Part shown: positions 26,900 to 45,015 of the stretch, one piece after another
Layout of the letters: every line of letters begins with the position of its first letter
Position numbering within the stretch: the stretch's first letter is position 1
NCBI GenBank assembly: GCA_020137815.1
Contig: CM035352.1
Span: forward strand, 1,984,001-2,048,000
DNA from: Hormiphora californensis
Lineage: Eukaryota; Animalia; Ctenophora
DNA length: 64,000 nt
Reading direction: 5' to 3'
Translations under genes and position numbers: made by a program
Notes under the pieces: generated by a model
Databases searched by the model: none
What the model saw: the letters and a program-made list of their open reading frames with translations, nothing else
Told to the model about the DNA's origin: nothing

Positions 26900-26935
<36 letters not shown>

Positions 26936-26970
26936 GAGAGATAGAGAGAAAGGGAGAGATAGAGAGACGG
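26260..26970. repeat. (GA)n-rich tracts
   Basis: Directly visible. Confidence 0.9.
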
Positions 26971-27622
26971 ATTGACATACAGTCAGACCCCGATTTATCG
27001 TGATGCTCGGGAGAAAGGGTTTTGCCCGGTAAATTGGGGTCCGACTGCAGTACAGGCTGGCAGTGAAAATATACACTGATAGCGGTGGAAATCATTTAGT
27101 TATTGCTGTTGCAGAGTTTTGTTATACTTAGCTTAGTGAGAGATTGAGATAGAGAGGGCGTCGTTCTTATTATCGTGACCTAATATTCCGGCTTATTAAT
27201 TATAGCTTTACTATCCAGCCAACTAGATATTGATTTAGTAATACTGCTTATAAGGGACGATGCCCTAATCGCAATCCGAGAGATGTCTTTTTCTTTGTTT
27301 CATTGTAAAAAATTCCTCTACTTCATTTTCCAATCTCTAGTGAAGTGTAATTTTTTCCCTTTCTCTCTCCCTCTCTATATGTAAATAAAAAGTTCTCTCT
27401 TCCTTTCTTCCCCTTCAGCCCCTTATTCACAACTTTTATTAGAGGCTCTAGAGGTAGATCTGTTTCCCCCACTCGGGACTGACTATTTGCTTGCTGTTCA
27501 ACGAAAATAGACATCCGGTTGAATGTCCTCAAGATTCATCCGGGTGTACAAAGTCTAAAATGTCGGTATCTATGCATATATATTTGCTTTTAAATCAATT
27601 ATAAGGACAAAGAAATGTCTGA

Positions 27623-30600
27623 ATGATACCCACTGTGTATCCATCGCCTTTTTTATTGCACCGTGCCCCGCCTCATCGACAGTGTTGTCAAGGAGAAGAA
27701 ATGCAAATAACAAAATCCCGGAAGTTCTACCCACCTGTTGGTTGCTATTTGCTAATAAATGATTCTATACACTATTTAGTCCTTATTGTCTATTCCCGTT
27801 GGCAGGAACAGAAAAGAAAACGCATTCGACCGTTAGCTGCTGGTTCCAGTACCCCTCAACCTCATTTCTCGGCTGCAAATGAAGCCATTATAGATCTCCA
27901 ATCACTTCAACAGTGGATGAATCGTCAGAAAACGGCAGTCATTTCTTTCAAAGATATTCAGAAAGTTTGGATGTCAAAGACCATTACTGTTAGTGATGCT
28001 CTCCTACAAGACCATGAGGGCCAATTTGTCATCTCTTATTGTCCTAGAAACCGGAAAAGTATAACATATGTATGCCTCATGTCTCGGCTGCATGAAGCCT
28101 TTTCTCGCAGATTTGACGATATCGTGACACGCCTTCGTCACGATATGTCGCAATTTGAAGCCGGTTCTAGTGGTTCGTTTAATGATTTCTCCTTACCACC
28201 TCGCTCCTTGGTTGAGTTTCTTCAAAAGCTCATCTACAACAATACTGATGTGTCAAGCAAGATTACGGAGAACATCGCATCCTTAATACAGTACCATTTT
28301 GTAGATCGGATAAGGAACGCAGAGAGTTCCAGAAGACACTGCCGAGAAAAAGAGTCCAAACCATTACTGCTCAACTCTCTAAAGCTCTACGTTGCGACTC
28401 AAAGCAAATCAGTCATGGAAATGATGTCAAAAGAGGGTCTCTGCTTGCCTTTTAAGCGTGTCCGCGAAGAAGTAATGTCTATAGCACAAGGAGTAGAGGA
28501 TAAGCTTAAAGATATCGGCAATCTTATGCCATCAGCATTCCAGGAAGGGAAACGTCTTGTAGATTACATGCATCAATTTGGAAAGGATAACCTTGATGAA
28601 AATCGGCAGGACACCTTTGCAAAAGGGCATTTCCATGGCATGGTGCTGGCACTGATCGTTTCCACGTTTTCAACAGATGACCAAGGCGATAAAGAGGACT
28701 CTTTTGAAGTTCCCTATTCTCAAACTAAACGTTTTCAAAAGAAATTCACCTTCCCTACACCAACACCACACTATGTTAAGAAGAATTACCTAGTCCCTGT
28801 GTCAACTGTGTCAACTGATGACTCTGAAATGTTCGAAAACGCAGCAAAGGACGCTATACAGAATGAAGAAGAGTGGCTTAAAAACCCTTGCATTGGTTGG
28901 GCGGAGTATCATTCTTCCGCTGAAAGAGATTCTGATCCGGCCACCTCAAACATCTTTGCATTTCCACTCCTGGACAACTCAGTAGATGAGGCGGGGCACG
29001 GGGCCATAAAAATGGCAATGGAAATCCTGAGGAAAGCGCTCTCAAAGATTAGCTCAGACCAAAAGGTTGTTGTTGACCATTGCGACCAACCTATCTACGC
29101 CAAGACCATGGAGCTGATATGGACGTTGCCAGTGAAGGATTATTTACCAATAGTCGGCGGCCTCCACACTGAAAAGTGTACACTGACAGCGGAATCGGAA
29201 CTACTCAAAGGCTCTGGGCTATTCGAAGTCATGAACCAGGTTAAAATGAGTCTTTCGGGAGCAGGGAATGTCCTTAGTAATGTGACACGAATAACATCGG
29301 CATCGTATCTGTTAAAAGTGATCCTTGTAATCTTAACAAAGATGAAACTGGATTCGGGTAACAAAGCCCATCCTTACTGGGATTTAGTTCTCGACCTTGG
29401 GAAAGTCTACCTCGCCTTCATGGCATCTATCCGAACAGGTTGTTTTGAGTCATACGTTGGTTCGTTGAGGAAAGTCCTACCATTTTTGTTTATATTAAAC
29501 AGAACACACTATAGCCGATGGTTATCAGTTCATATTGAACATTTATCTCGGTTGAGTTCAGAGTTCCCTGAAGTTCACTCTTGGTTTGTACGTGGGGGTT
29601 TTGTGTTCAACAAGTCAGGGAGAGAAGCGTCGAGCATGTCAGGTGATCAGGCCTATGAACAGCTTAACAGAGAACTTAAGTCATGGGCTGGCGCCCTTGG
29701 GACGCCTGGCAGCCGGATTTGGCAGCTTTCTGGACCGATTCTTCAAAGATTGCTACTTGATGACCCCAAAAGTACAGTTGCCCGTCCACATCATTCTTCT
29801 ACAAAAGCTCATTACGAAAGGTTTATTGGTGATGTCCGGGTACTAGAGGAGGGAATCGGGAGAAACTTGTTTTCGTCTGAATCAATTTGCAGAGTAAATG
29901 ATAATTATAACTTGGACGAAGATGGAACGATAGCAGCAAGACTCCGTGATATTGTTGGTGTTGGTCAGAAGCTCTATGATGTGTTTGTGTTCGACCGATT
30001 AACCACAGGAAGGGTACCGCTGTCAGCCACAATTTCTCATCAACCACCGATACTGCCAACATCTGAAGTTGTACAAACTCCCGCACAGATAAAAAAGGCA
30101 CAAAATGACAAGGCTAAATATATCATCAAGCTGAAGGAGGCGTGCCAGGACAAACCGAAACAGGCCAGGAATGTTTTGGAGTTGAACCTCAAGGGAATTC
30201 CGGTTTGTTTTCAAGAGAAGGTGGAGGATGATGTAAACCTGGGAACAAAGTCGTGTCTACTCACAAAACTGAAGGAGAAAGGGGCAGTAGAACGAGGAAT
30301 TGTCAGACCAGAATGCCTCATGGCTGACATGTCATTTATAGCCAACTCTGTCATACCTCGGTTTGGTGGAGGTACTGAGGCCACATACAATACCTTCTTC
30401 CAGGCTTGCTATGACGCGGTAATCAAGTGTGCGAATGGATATACGCCTTATGTGAAGCACATCCACATCGTGATGGACCGGTATGATGAAGTCAATCAGC
30501 TGAAGCAGCCCACGGTGAATAAACGGGAGATGCTGGCAATCCGTAGTCGGGTTTTAACAAGTTTCAACTCGCATGACACAATTGAGCCGGACTTTGCCCA

Positions 30601-31088
30601 GTTGTTCAAGAAGAGGGAAAACAAACACCTCATTTACACTGGTATGGTTTCCTTTCTGAAGATAATAATTAGTCAGCCGTGCAAGTACAATATTGTGATT
30701 ACTGATGGGACAAATATATTCTCCAATCACCAAAGCCCACTGGTTAATGAGCTATCCTCCACCACTTGCGACCATTTTGAATCTGACACCCGATTGTTCG
30801 CACATGCTGCTGCAGCTCTAAGAACTAAAACTCATTCAAGAATCTCCATCCGATGCAACGACACCGATCTAGCAGTTCTTGCTCCTTATTTCGACTGGAA
30901 GTATAGGGAACAGGGAAGGATCTACATCCATCTGGGAACAGCAGGCCAAGAAACCTTTCTATCAGCTAGAAAACTGAACAACTATCTTGGACGTGATGGA
31001 GCGGCAGCATTGCTATTTTTACACTCGGTAAATCAAATCTGATCACAGACAGAGAGAGAGAGACACAGAGAGAGAGAGAGAGATAGAC

Positions 31089-31119
<31 letters not shown>

Positions 31120-31790
31120 CAGAGACAGAGACATGTGCAAAACGAGGCATGCAGACAAGAAGAGTAAAGACAGACCAGAGATCAAACTTGGCTATGAACA
31201 ATTTCTCACAAACCATTAACCCTTTCTAGGTGTCAGGCAATGACTACTCCCCGGCCTTCTTCCAAAAAGCGAAAACTACATGGTGGAAAGCAATGCGTGG
31301 TGACCCGTTGGTGGAGCAATCCTTTGCATCTGTTGTCCGGTCGCCTTCTGAGCTCAGTAAAGAATGGCGCTTTTTCCAGACCATTGTTCTCAGGATATAT
31401 GGGATGGAAACATGCAAAGATCTGACTGAGGCCCGGATGAGAGTGCTAAACAGCGTGGTGAAAACGGACCTCAGAGTAATGCCACCTAACAGCGATGCCT
31501 TGTTCCAACACTTCAAAAGGGCAACATATATTGCTGGGCATCTGTGGGCCAAGGCTGACAATTTGGTTTTAGACTTGCCGTCTAACCTAACTTTTGGCTG
31601 GCACGAAGAAGGCTTCCGTTGGGCAACCAAACATCAGTCCCAACACTGGCAAGAAATACTGTTCAAAACTTGCACCAAGACATGCGGCAAAAAGGATTGT
31701 ACATCTTGCAAGTGTGAAGAATGCTGGAGACAATGTGGTTGTTCTACAAACACTTGTATTAACCGGGAAACTTTTCCCGGTAAATACTAA
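27623..31790 (+). CDS. Academ transposase: DDE domain + XPG/FEN1-like nuclease + C-terminal Cys-rich finger; intron 31028-31229
   Basis: GKDNLD...FHG, DHCDQPIY, GGLH, THYSRW, DQAYEQLN; XPG-like HFESDTR, NDTD, LHS|VSGND, PPNSDALFQH; terminal CTKTCGKKDCTSCKCEECWRQCGC. The true 5' end probably comes from upstream exons (acceptor near 27805). Confidence 0.85.
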
Positions 31791-31934
31791 ACAGATAACA
31801 GTTTGATTGAGTAGAGTATACTGTATGGAATCATCAGAGTACTACCATAGTGCTTCCCGAGTGTTGTCTGAGTATTACCGTATAGTACGATAGTGTGAGC
31901 AAATTGGAACGAAAGTTTGACCAAAATAACTTAT

Positions 31935-32760
31935 AACTTATTATCTAACTTATTTTTACAATTAATTTGTAAGTAGCTTATCTCACTAGCCACTGCTCTT
32001 TTTATTTTTGTTTCATATCACCAAATTAATTTATTAACAGCTTTGTAAGTAACTTCCCTAACTGGTCTATGCTCTCATACTTGTTATTTTCTCAGCACCA
32101 TGAACTAACTAACTTACTAACATATTTTTAGAATTAATCTTATCTTTCGTAGGCCCAAATCAAATACATACTTATAGTTGTATATCAAACCTTATCCAGA
32201 GTGTGACCGAAGTGTTACCATAGTGGGTAGAATTGATGATAAATTATGTTTCTATCATTGATACTATCTTTCTATTGTCTTCTTATTTTTATCGTTCATT
32301 TTATATGTTCATAACATCACGTTAAATAACTTATTATCTAACTTATTTTTACAATTAATTTGTAATTAGCTTATCTCACTAGCCACTGCTCTTTTTATTT
32401 TTTTTCATATCACCAAATTAATTTATTAACAGCTTTGTAAGTAACTTCCCTAACTGGTCTATGCTCTCATACTTGTTATTTTCTCAGCACCATGAACTAA
32501 CTAACTTACTAACATATTTTTAGAATTAATCTTATCTTTCGTAGGCCCAAATCAAATACATACTTATAGTTGTATATCAAACCTTATCCAGAGTGTGACC
32601 GAAGTGTTACCATAGTGGGTAGAATTGATGATAAATTATGTTTCTATCATTGATACTATCTTTCTATTGTCTCCTTATTTTTATCGTTCATTTTATATAA
32701 TGTTCATAACATCACGTTAAATAACTTATTATCTAACTTATTTTCACGTAATTTGTAATT
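31935..32760. repeat. 392-bp direct tandem duplication
   Basis: GTGTGACCGAAGTGTTACC occurs at 32201 and 32593. Confidence 0.9.
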
Positions 32761-35700
32761 AATTTTTCTGACTGGCGGCCAGTGGTGTGGACTGTGGTCT
32801 CTTTTATCTTTCCGCACCATATAAATAGCAGCTCTGTTTTACAAATAAGTATAACATGCATAACCATTGAAATCTTTTGCAGGCCACTGATCATTAATAA
32901 TTGTATGTATGTGACAAATAATACTTTTTACAGTCGTTTACTTAGCTACTCACCTACTATTTAAAATCACTTAATAATTTTATCAATGTTCAGTTACAAT
33001 GGCCTATAATTATAATTAGTACATATAGACTCATTTCAATCATTCGCCAGTGTGTGAGCGAGAGAGATATTTTTGGCGAGTAAACCTAAGGAAGTTGGAT
33101 GTAATCTTAAGTTTTAATTAAGTTATTATTAAAAAGTTTTCTGTACCTGGACATATAATGACATAAGAACTTGTTTTCATAATTAATCCGTATCCGTCTG
33201 GTGAATATCCTTCATTCCCTCCCTATTATTGTCCCTAAATCCCAACCGCATTGCGATAAATCTGACTAATTTATACCATTATATAACTAGCTCTATACGA
33301 TAGATGTAGATGACGATGTGCTGTTAAAATTCCCATCATTCTTTGGTGAGTTTTTAGGTTCATTTCTTCGATGGGTTACTAATATTTTTTTGCATTTTTC
33401 TGCCCTTCCATTATACATAAATTGGGTAGAAATTCGGTCTAGCTTGGTAATCTGGTGACTTTCCCGAAATTTGGTTCGATTCGATTCGGTTAAGTGGGTT
33501 AAATGAATGTACATGACGTGTTAGATTGCGGTAGAAATCACTCACATCAGCCACACTCATAGAACCAAGTTGGTACGACAAGTAATTGATTCAACCGACC
33601 ATAGTAGAGAAAACCCCGGTTTGGTTCCTGCCCGTTTTGTACATGAAATATATTTAAATCCTCCTCCTCAGGCGAATCAACGGTTAAACACTGCACCTCA
33701 GATAATGTCGAATGGAACCTGAATGAGAGATGGATACCCCTACAATTCGAAACATTAGGAGATTTGGACAATGATCTATTCAAACAGGTTTTTTGCTGCC
33801 CTCTTTTTACAGCATTTGCACCCTATTCTCATACATCTGACAGATGTTCCATTCAGGTTTCATAATCTGACTCGTGTTTAGAATTTAACACTCATTCATG
33901 TTAGATACCTATACATCATAATCGACTGACTTCTTAGCTGTTTACAAGGCAACTGTAATGGGACTACAATTTAAAATGCAATGTGTGTGCTCATAAGCAA
34001 TACTGAACGGAATACGTCTACTTGCCATTACCCACCCCAGTAGTTTTGATAAATTGATCGACTTTATAACTGCTGTTCATAGGACAGGGACACCATTCTC
34101 TACATAACCATGATGGGACTCCTATAATTATGTTTAATTGACTACAAGTACGACAATCTCCAACCCTCTAAAACTCTCACATGTGAGTTTATAACCCTCT
34201 AACACTGCCCCCCCCCCCTTACCAACCCTCTAACACCCCTTCCTGATTCCTCTCAGGAACGAGATCTTGAAGAGGAACAGCCCGGCCCAGCACTCAGCAG
34301 TCAAGAGACCCCCCCCCCCCCCCCCCCTGGAAGCTATGACCCAGACTGACAAGAGATCACATCTCGACCTGAAACTGATGATGTGGAGGATTACTGTGAT
34401 AAGGTTTGTGTCCAGCTCTTAACCCCAGTTAGGTTGATTTTCTCAATCCCCTAACTGCTTATTTACACTCTCGTGTACTCGTATAGCCCATGTTACATCT
34501 TATCACTCAACTCCTGCTACCCAAACCGCAGTTTCTATGTTTTATCCCACCCCAACACCCCTAACTCACCCCCTAATCAACCAGGCCCTAACACACCATC
34601 TCCTCCTCTCCAGGACCACTCAGAGTTGGAATCCGAGTTGAATGTAACAAACTGCACCACATGTACTTTAAATGACGGCGGCTGTGGGTGCTGTTGTGAT
34701 GTGTGCTGCATACACTGCATACATCATCTACTGACTGCAGTACTGATCCAGCTCCATTTTGGCTGTTTACATGGAATGGGAATAGAATTGGAAATACAGT
34801 GAATGGACTCATAAACAATACCGAACATATCTATTATTGTCCCTGAAATTAGAAGGAGAATACAAAGCGGAATTTTCATTATGGAGTGTTTTGACTATTG
34901 AGCTGACCTAATAATGCCATACTTTTACTGATATTTTCTGTTTTATTGCGGCTCAGTGCCACTACCCACTGCGGTAGTTTTGATAAATTGGTCTACTTTC
35001 TAACTGTTGTTCATAGGGACACCATTGTATGATATACCTTCCCCACGGCCAACTCTATATTGTATTACCATGTTGGGACTACCAAGTCCCATATTTCCGT
35101 TTAACTTACTATCTCAATGGTGTCCTGCAAGTTTCCAAGGCGACCGGCCACTTTTGGTGACAAAATCCATTTTCAGTCACACTCACAAACAGTCCGAACG
35201 AACTAACATGTACCGCGCGAAAAAAGCGCTCAGCGCGCGGGTGAGAGTGCCACTGTCAGTTCAATCCGCGATGTCGCCCGACGTCGGCGCGCACAACGAT
35301 GGACTTAGGCTCCCCACTATAAATATAAATTTAAAATAAGGCCATCCCGCGCGGCAGAGTTGATACAAATTTAATTCGCGCGTTACATTTATTATTGTTT
35401 ACGATGGGCCGCTAAAAATAGAAAATTCATCTGCTTTTAAATTTTGGCCAAATTTGGTTCCTTTTTGTTTTTGAAAAGCGCTGCCTTATCCCGCGCTGCG
35501 CGTGGCGCAGAACTATCGGGGGCCAGCAACGTTTGCCAATTTTTGTTTTTACTTTTTCTTCGCACTTGAATCAAGGTGCTGCCTTATCCCGCGCTGCAGG
35601 CGCCAGTAGCGTTTGCCAATCTTCGCACATGTTTTTAAACACGACTGTTTTCCTCTGCCAGTGTCAAGTTCTTTTGAAAAGCGCTGCCTTATCCCGCGGG

Positions 35701-35793
35701 GGCCAGCGGCGTTTGCCAACAAGCTTTGGCCCCTAACTGTGATAGGAGGGCCTAAAATTTCAATAACTCCTCTTAGTGCAGACCTTCTGTGAC

Positions 35794-36076
35794 GGTAAGC
35801 GGTAAATACTCAAATGGTTCTTTACATTTTTTGGACGTTTTTGACCATAACTCATTTCTTGACCAATTTGCAAAATATTTGGCTCATTAGAAAGAGGAAC
35901 TTGTCAAGTTCCTCTTTCCAATGAGCCAAATATTTTCAAGTTCAACTTGAGATCATTCAAATCAGCCAAAAAATAAAATCTGTGCAAAATTTGTGGCGTC
36001 ATGGTGCACAATACGCGTTTTTGCCACAACGCCACGCAATAAAAGATGAAGAACCGTGTGAGTATTACCGCTTACC
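35794..36076. mobile_element. 283-bp MITE with a 9-bp TSD (Merlin- or MuDR-like)
   Basis: TTCTGTGAC|GGTAAGCGGTAAATACTCA...TGAGTATTACCGCTTACC|TTCTGTGAC; internal palindrome at about 35872-35936. Confidence 0.8.
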
Positions 36077-36879
36077 TTCTGTGACGGTAGAGCAAGCTAA
36101 GGTAATCAGTGATTACTGATTAGTGATTACTGATTAGTGATTACTGAGAGTGTTGGTTGCCTGGGGGTAACCTTTGTAAGGGACTCATGTTCCTACATTG
36201 TTTCTCTCTCAGCGTGACTGAGAGTTAGTTAGGGCAGAGGTATTTGATGATTTTATGATGGTTAAGAATTAGTTTGGAGGAAATGAATAGTTATTGATTC
36301 TTTGAGGATAGCTTATATTATATATTTGTTATGGAATGATATTCGTCGTAGAGAATTTGAGCCAATATTTTATACGAGTAGGAATATAGAGATTGCTGAG
36401 CGTGCATCACGTCATCATGTGATCTGAGGCAGATGGGACTAGAGAGAGGGGCCATACCTATCATAGCTTGGTGGACTAAACTACATTCGCTAGACGAGGG
36501 TCGGACCCGGGACCTAGTGCATGAGAGGCGAGTGTTATACTATAGTCAGCGACTATTAGTCACTACTCCACCCTTCCATCTGCTCATTCATGCTCATTAT
36601 TCGTTCGGGACAATGTATTCTATATAGACAGGCGAATAGTCCGCAATATAGCTGCACATGACTCACGTATATGTCCCCGCAATATTAATTATGTATGTTG
36701 CGGGGGACAACGTAGCCACAGATATCTGTGTCAAGGCTTGTGATGCTTTTGGACCCTGCTGATTGTATAGTATCCTACCCTCACATAACGCCTCTTTTTT
36801 ATAATACACTTTTCTGTTTTGTTTAGCACAACATCATGCCTGTATTTTCTAAAACCCCTTTTTCGTTTAGCACAACATC

Positions 36880-42898
<6,019 letters not shown>

Positions 42899-43357
42899 AT
42901 GACGGAAATTAACTTTGCAATGATATGACTCTTTGTATTATTGATTGGGATTTGATTGGGAGAGTTACCGAGACAAGAACAGTTTTTAGACCCTACGCGT
43001 GAACAAATTGAGCCAAAGAAACACACCATGTTCAGTGACCTGTCATTGCTCCTCAACTAGTCATGCTAAAACTCTGTCTGGCTGTGGCACTCTGGCGGTG
43101 CCGACTCGATCTAAGCTTACTGTCAAACTTCAAAGCTGTCAGAGCATTGGCCTGACCCTATTCTCATTTCTTTCAAATAAGGTTCAGAGCTGAGTGCACG
43201 AGAACTGTGGTCAGTCGAGAGCATTAGCCTGAATTGTTGAGTAAGGGGACAAGGGGTCAACAACGCCAGTGGCAGTGACTGTCAGAGAATCAAACCGGGG
43301 TCTGGCGCCGGCGGTGCCAGACAGTTAGAACTGTGATTCTATATGAATACTCTAAAC

Positions 43358-43388
43358 AGTTTCAAACTTTTCAACAAATTAATTTGAG
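43358..43388 (+). other. Relic spliced-leader copy with a 12-nt internal deletion
   Basis: AGTTTCAAACTTTTCAAC-AAATTAATTTGAG. It shares ACAAATTAATTTGAG with the copy at 22118-22142 and is not followed by GT. Confidence 0.55.
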
Positions 43389-44459
43389 TTTGCCGTCATA
43401 ATCGATCTGATAACTGGGTTAGCATCTATTCTCTAATCTTTTAGATCGACCTGTTGAGCCAATTTTAACTTTACTTACGAGTGATATCTGTGAAGAGTTT
43501 GTTGTTGATTTGTCGTAGAAGGAATGACACTAGTTGCCCATCTGCATCGGGTCTGAACTCGACATTGCATAATCTTCCTGACCTCCAAATTTGAAGTCTC
43601 TATCTATCAGAGGTGGAGCTAGGGTCTGTGATGCATAGAAAAGGGCGGACAGTTTAAAAAAATTCAACTTCACAGTTTCACAGTAAAAAATATTTACACA
43701 CTTTTATAAAATCAAAATGATATGGCGAAGAATGGCGCGCTTAGAAAGTTTTGCGCGTTCATATCCGCGCGCGAAGGCAACTTTTTATAAAAAAACTTTG
43801 TGAAATCGCGACCGGCGCGGTTGGGCGTTGGAATGCGCTGCAGCCCCTTGGAATGCGCTGCAGCCCCCTCATGCGCGCACCCCCGCAACGAGGGGACTGA
43901 AGGGAATGCCGCGCGCGCGTTTGGCCTGAGCTCAGGACGGGCCCGGCTGGGTCGAAGATAACTTTGCGAGCGAAAAAACGGCGGTGCTTATAACTTTGGC
44001 CCCTGAAGTCCGTTTGACTTGATTCTTTCACTAGCTGTTAGATCCTGTCTGGCGCCGCGACCCATCTGAGCGCAAATCAAATTGGGGTCTGGCGCCGCCA
44101 GACAGGTTAGATCTGACAATTATCTACCTTGCTGTTTTTGAGAGAAGTAAATTGGATTTCAGGAGGCTGAGCAATAACCGTTCAAAGATGGGTTGTTTTC
44201 AAAAAGTGACGTCACAGATCCCTGCAGGGACACTTTGTTTCAAATTTGAATTAAAATCTCGAATTTTTTTATTTTACCGCACTCGATTTTGTGGAGTTTG
44301 GTTCATATCTCCTGTTCCTGATAAGATAGAGACCTGAAACTGGTTGCATTTTAAAGCTGTTATCTTCCTCTTTCCAACGCTACCAAAACGATTTCTGTAC
44401 CTTATCTGGAACCGGAGATATGATTGTTTATGTATTCCCCCCCAGCGCGGTATTCCCTC

Positions 44460-44563
44460 CAGGCCCCTTATATTATATTATAAGGGGCCTGCAACGTATG
44501 CCAATGCAGCCCCCTCATGCAGGCCCCTTATATTATATTATAAGGGGCCTGCAACGTATGCCA
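44460..44563. repeat. 60-bp tandem pair, each unit containing a palindrome
   Basis: CAGGCCCCTTATATTATATTATAAGGGGCCTG occurs twice. Confidence 0.85.
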
Positions 44564-45015
44564 AGGCGGCGTTAAAATCTGGGTGTTACTGTTTCGTGAG
44601 TGCTGACAAACGGTTTTTTAGGGCTAGGGCTAACCGCTAAAGTAGGGTTATGGTTGGGGTTAGGACTTGACGTTTCCTACCAGATAAACTTTAAATTAGC
44701 CAAAACGGTTGAGTGGTTACTGGTTCGGCGGTTAGAGCTTATAGACAAACAAATGACCCAAATTAAACTGCATCAAAGGCATCTCACCTCATCACCAACG
44801 GCGCCATGGTAACAATCACCCATCAAAATGCTGTAAGTTTGTCAGTCCGTACTGTTTGTTGTTTATAAAACGAACTATATAAAATTAGATACATTTAGAG
44901 GACCCTGGTTCAAAATAATTACTTATCAAGTCTCACTATCAGAACTTATTTCACAAACTTTCCGCTCACTAATTTACTCGCTCAACCAACAGTCAATATC
45001 AAATATAAATTGTTT

